From a virus (lineage: Duplodnaviria; Heunggongvirae; Uroviricota; Caudoviricetes), in the IMG/VR virus record IMGVR_UViG_2541047761_000008, positions 1 through 7,626 of that record: a stretch of 7,626 nt of DNA. One strand, 5' to 3'. Positions 5,866-7,626 of the stretch are shown one piece after another. How positions within the stretch are numbered: position 1 is the stretch's first letter; each line of letters opens with the position of its first letter. The position numbers were made by a program, and so were the translations under genes. The notes under the pieces were generated by a model. That model did no database searches. It saw only the letters and a list, made by a program, of their open reading frames with translations, and was not told the origin of the DNA.

Positions 5866-6012
5866 ATGAATAAAGCATTTGAACGATGGGTCCACCAGCG
5901 TTACGGCAATCGCTATGACCTGACGCGAGATGTTGACGGCTTCTACTGTCGTGAAGTTGTGAAGCGAATGTTTGAAGTGTGGTGCCACTGCCGTGGGCTG
6001 AGTGTTGTGTGA
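5866..6012 (+). CDS. Candidate 48-aa Cys/His-containing small protein
   Basis: ATG at 5866 with SD AAGGAAG (5853-5859, 6-nt spacing), starting 3 nt after the upstream stop and ending 8 nt before xis. Translation MNKAFERWVHQRYGNRYDLTRDVDGFYCREVVKRMFEVWCHCRGLSVV. Absent from the track because it is under 60 aa. Confidence 0.45.
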   Translation: MNKAFERWVHQRYGNRYDLTRDVDGFYCREVVKRMFEVWCHCRGLSVV

Positions 6013-6020
6013 GGTAATAC

Positions 6021-6257
6021 ATGGGCAATGTGATTCAACTGGCTCCCAATGAATGGGTTTGTGAAAGCGTTCTTATCGCAATTACCGGGCTCAAACCAGG
6101 CACAATTCTTCGGGCCCGGAAAGAATGCTGGATGGTTGGAAGAGAGTATATTCACGTATCACCAGACGGTAATCCAAAGCCTTCCAGTGAATGTATGTAT
6201 AACAGAAAAGCAATAGATGCCTGGGTCGCCTCAATGAAAAACAAACAACCCAGGTGA
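6021..6257 (+). CDS. xis: Excisionase (Xis-like small DNA-binding protein, 78 aa)
   Basis: ATG at 6021 with SD GAGGT (6011-6015). Small basic protein directly upstream of and co-directional with the integrase; recalled similarity to putative-excisionase family proteins (LIAITGLKPGTILRARKECW). Confidence 0.72.
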   Translation: MGNVIQLAPNEWVCESVLIAITGLKPGTILRARKECWMVGREYIHVSPDGNPKPSSECMYNRKAIDAWVASMKNKQPR

Positions 6258-6312
6258 TTTAATATCATGAAATATGTAAGCTCGTATCGCTCTTGGGCGT
6301 CTGGAGGTATCG

Positions 6313-7626
6313 ATGGATAAAGTCAAATATCCAACAGGCGTCGAAAACCACGGCGGCACATTACGCATCTGGTTTAATTTTAAAGGTAAACGTGTCAGGG
6401 AAAATCTTGGTGTCCCTGACACTGCCAAGAACAGGAAGATCGCCGGGGAACTGCGGACATCAGTATGTTTTGCCATCCGCACAGGAAGCTTTGATTATGC
6501 TGCACAGTTCCCTGACTCCCCCAACCTTCAGGCTTTTGGGGTAAGTAAAAAAGAAATTACGGTGAAGGAACTTGAAGAAAAGTGGCTGGATCTGAAACGA
6601 ATGGAAATCTCTGCAAATGCATTCAATCGCTATGAATCCGTTGCAAGAACGATGGTTCCGAAAATTGGAGGCAGCAGACTGGTGTCATCGGTAACTAAAG
6701 AGGAATTGCTGTATATCAGGAAAGATTTGCTGACCGGGTATCAGCATTCAACGAAAAACAAAGCAGCAGCAAAAGGACGGAGCGTCGTTACTGTAAATTA
6801 TTACATGACGACAATCGCTGGAATGTTTCAGTTTGCTGCAGATCACGGTTACTTAGAAGCAAATCCCTTCCAGGGAATTAAGCCTCTTAAAAGAGCCAGG
6901 GCAGAGCCAGATCCGCTAACTCGTGACGAATTTATTCGCCTGATAGATGCTTGCCGACATCAGCAGACGAAAAACCTGTGGTCATTGGCTGTGTACACAG
7001 GAATGCGTCACGGTGAACTGGTCTCCCTGGCCTGGGAAGATATCGATCTGAAAGCAGGAACTATTACTATCAGGCGCAATTATACGAAACTCGGTGAGTT
7101 CACTCTACCTAAAACTGAAGCAAGTACAAACAGGGTTGTGCATCTTATCCAGCCCGCTATCAGTGTCCTGAAAAATCAGGCTGAAATGACAAGACTGGGT
7201 AAGCAGCACCACATCAAGGTTCAACTACGTGAATATGGGCGTTCAGTGAATCATGAATGTACTTTCGTATTTAACCCCCAGGAGGTTAGAAAAAGCAAAC
7301 AGGTCGGTTTTATCTACAAGGTAGATTCTATTGGCGACTCATGGGAAACAGCCATTAAGCGTGCGGGCATCAGGCACCGGAAAGCATACCAGTCACGACA
7401 CACTTATGCGTGCTGGTCATTATCTGCCGGAGCAAACCCAAGCTTCATTGCCAGCCAGATGGGCCATGCAAGTGCCCAGATGGTGTTCAATGTATACGGA
7501 GCATGGATGACTGACAGTAATGCAGAACAGATCGCAATGCTGAATCAGAAGCTGGCAGATTATGTCCCAATGATGTCCCATGGTCACCAAAGTGACACAA
7601 GAGACTTATTAAAATCAGTAGGTTAG
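6313..7626 (+). CDS. int: Site-specific tyrosine recombinase / phage integrase with N-terminal arm-binding domain (DUF3596 type), 437 aa
   Basis: ATG at 6313 with SD GGAGGT (6303-6308). N-terminus YPTGVENHGGTLRIWFNFKGKRVRENLG resembles e14/Sf6-type integrases. Catalytic region has GMRHGELVSLAWEDIDL, HRKAYQSRHTYACW and MGHASAQMVFNVYGAW (R, H-x-x-R and Tyr nucleophile). Stop TAG at 7624-7626. Confidence 0.95.
   Translation: MDKVKYPTGVENHGGTLRIWFNFKGKRVRENLGVPDTAKNRKIAGELRTSVCFAIRTGSFDYAAQFPDSPNLQAFGVSKKEITVKELEEKWLDLKRMEISANAFNRYESVARTMVPKIGGSRLVSSVTKEELLYIRKDLLTGYQHSTKNKAAAKGRSVVTVNYYMTTIAGMFQFAADHGYLEANPFQGIKPLKRARAEPDPLTRDEFIRLIDACRHQQTKNLWSLAVYTGMRHGELVSLAWEDIDLKAGTITIRRNYTKLGEFTLPKTEASTNRVVHLIQPAISVLKNQAEMTRLGKQHHIKVQLREYGRSVNHECTFVFNPQEVRKSKQVGFIYKVDSIGDSWETAIKRAGIRHRKAYQSRHTYACWSLSAGANPSFIASQMGHASAQMVFNVYGAWMTDSNAEQIAMLNQKLADYVPMMSHGHQSDTRDLLKSVG

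Larger units (their letters stand above)
1..7626 (+). mobile_element. Prophage early-left region of a lambdoid prophage (repressor 3' end through xis-int); attP/attL expected beyond the 3' end of the window
   Basis: Co-directional phage-type genes: CI-like repressor C-terminus, yfdPQRS prophage module, Ead/Ea22-like, DUF551, DUF4222, excisionase and tyrosine integrase. Gene order repressor -> ea genes -> xis -> int matches the lambda/P22 leftward operon. Confidence 0.85.

Noticed and set aside
3647-6482. Minus-strand ORFs 3647-3841, 4645-5001, 4808-5254, 5236-5700, 5643-5849, 5690-6028, 5943-6155 and 6231-6482
   Set aside because: All lie antisense to + strand genes with good starts and coupling; none has a convincing SD, and the translations are Arg/Cys/His-rich.
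6293-6544. Plus-strand 83-aa ORF overlapping the integrase start in another frame
   Set aside because: Lies inside the conserved arm-binding domain of int in a different frame; no independent RBS.
1-7626. CRISPR array, tRNA/rRNA genes, IS element or transposase
   Set aside because: No regularly spaced direct repeats, no tRNA-like T-arm (GGTTCGAATCC-type) motifs, and no transposase-like ORF or terminal inverted repeats were found by eye.

Overview
The window reads as the early-left arm of a lambdoid (P22/Sf6/HK620-like mosaic) enterobacterial prophage, with every supported gene on the + strand. It runs from the 3' part of a CI/LexA-type S24-peptidase repressor gene (cut by the window start), through an intrinsic terminator and a strong sigma70-like promoter overlapped by a 17-bp palindromic operator, then a ~600-nt apparently non-coding GC-rich leader. 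After that comes a tightly packed, translationally coupled operon: yfdP-yfdQ-yfdR-yfdS homologues (the KplE1/CPS-53 module, including the HD-domain 5'-deoxynucleotidase YfdR), two small hypothetical genes, an Ead/Ea22-like gene, a small gene apparently frameshifted in an A8 tract, a DUF551-type gene with a truncated C-terminus, a 27-aa hydrophobic peptide ORF, a DUF4222-like gene, a 48-aa Cys/His ORF, then excisionase and a DUF3596-type tyrosine integrase ending at the window edge. No rRNA, tRNA, CRISPR or transposase was seen. All family assignments are from recalled motifs, gene lengths and gene order, not from database searches. The items most worth follow-up are the long non-coding leader, the operator/promoter pair, the A8 frameshift, the small membrane-peptide ORF and the yfdPQRS module in what looks like its native operon context.
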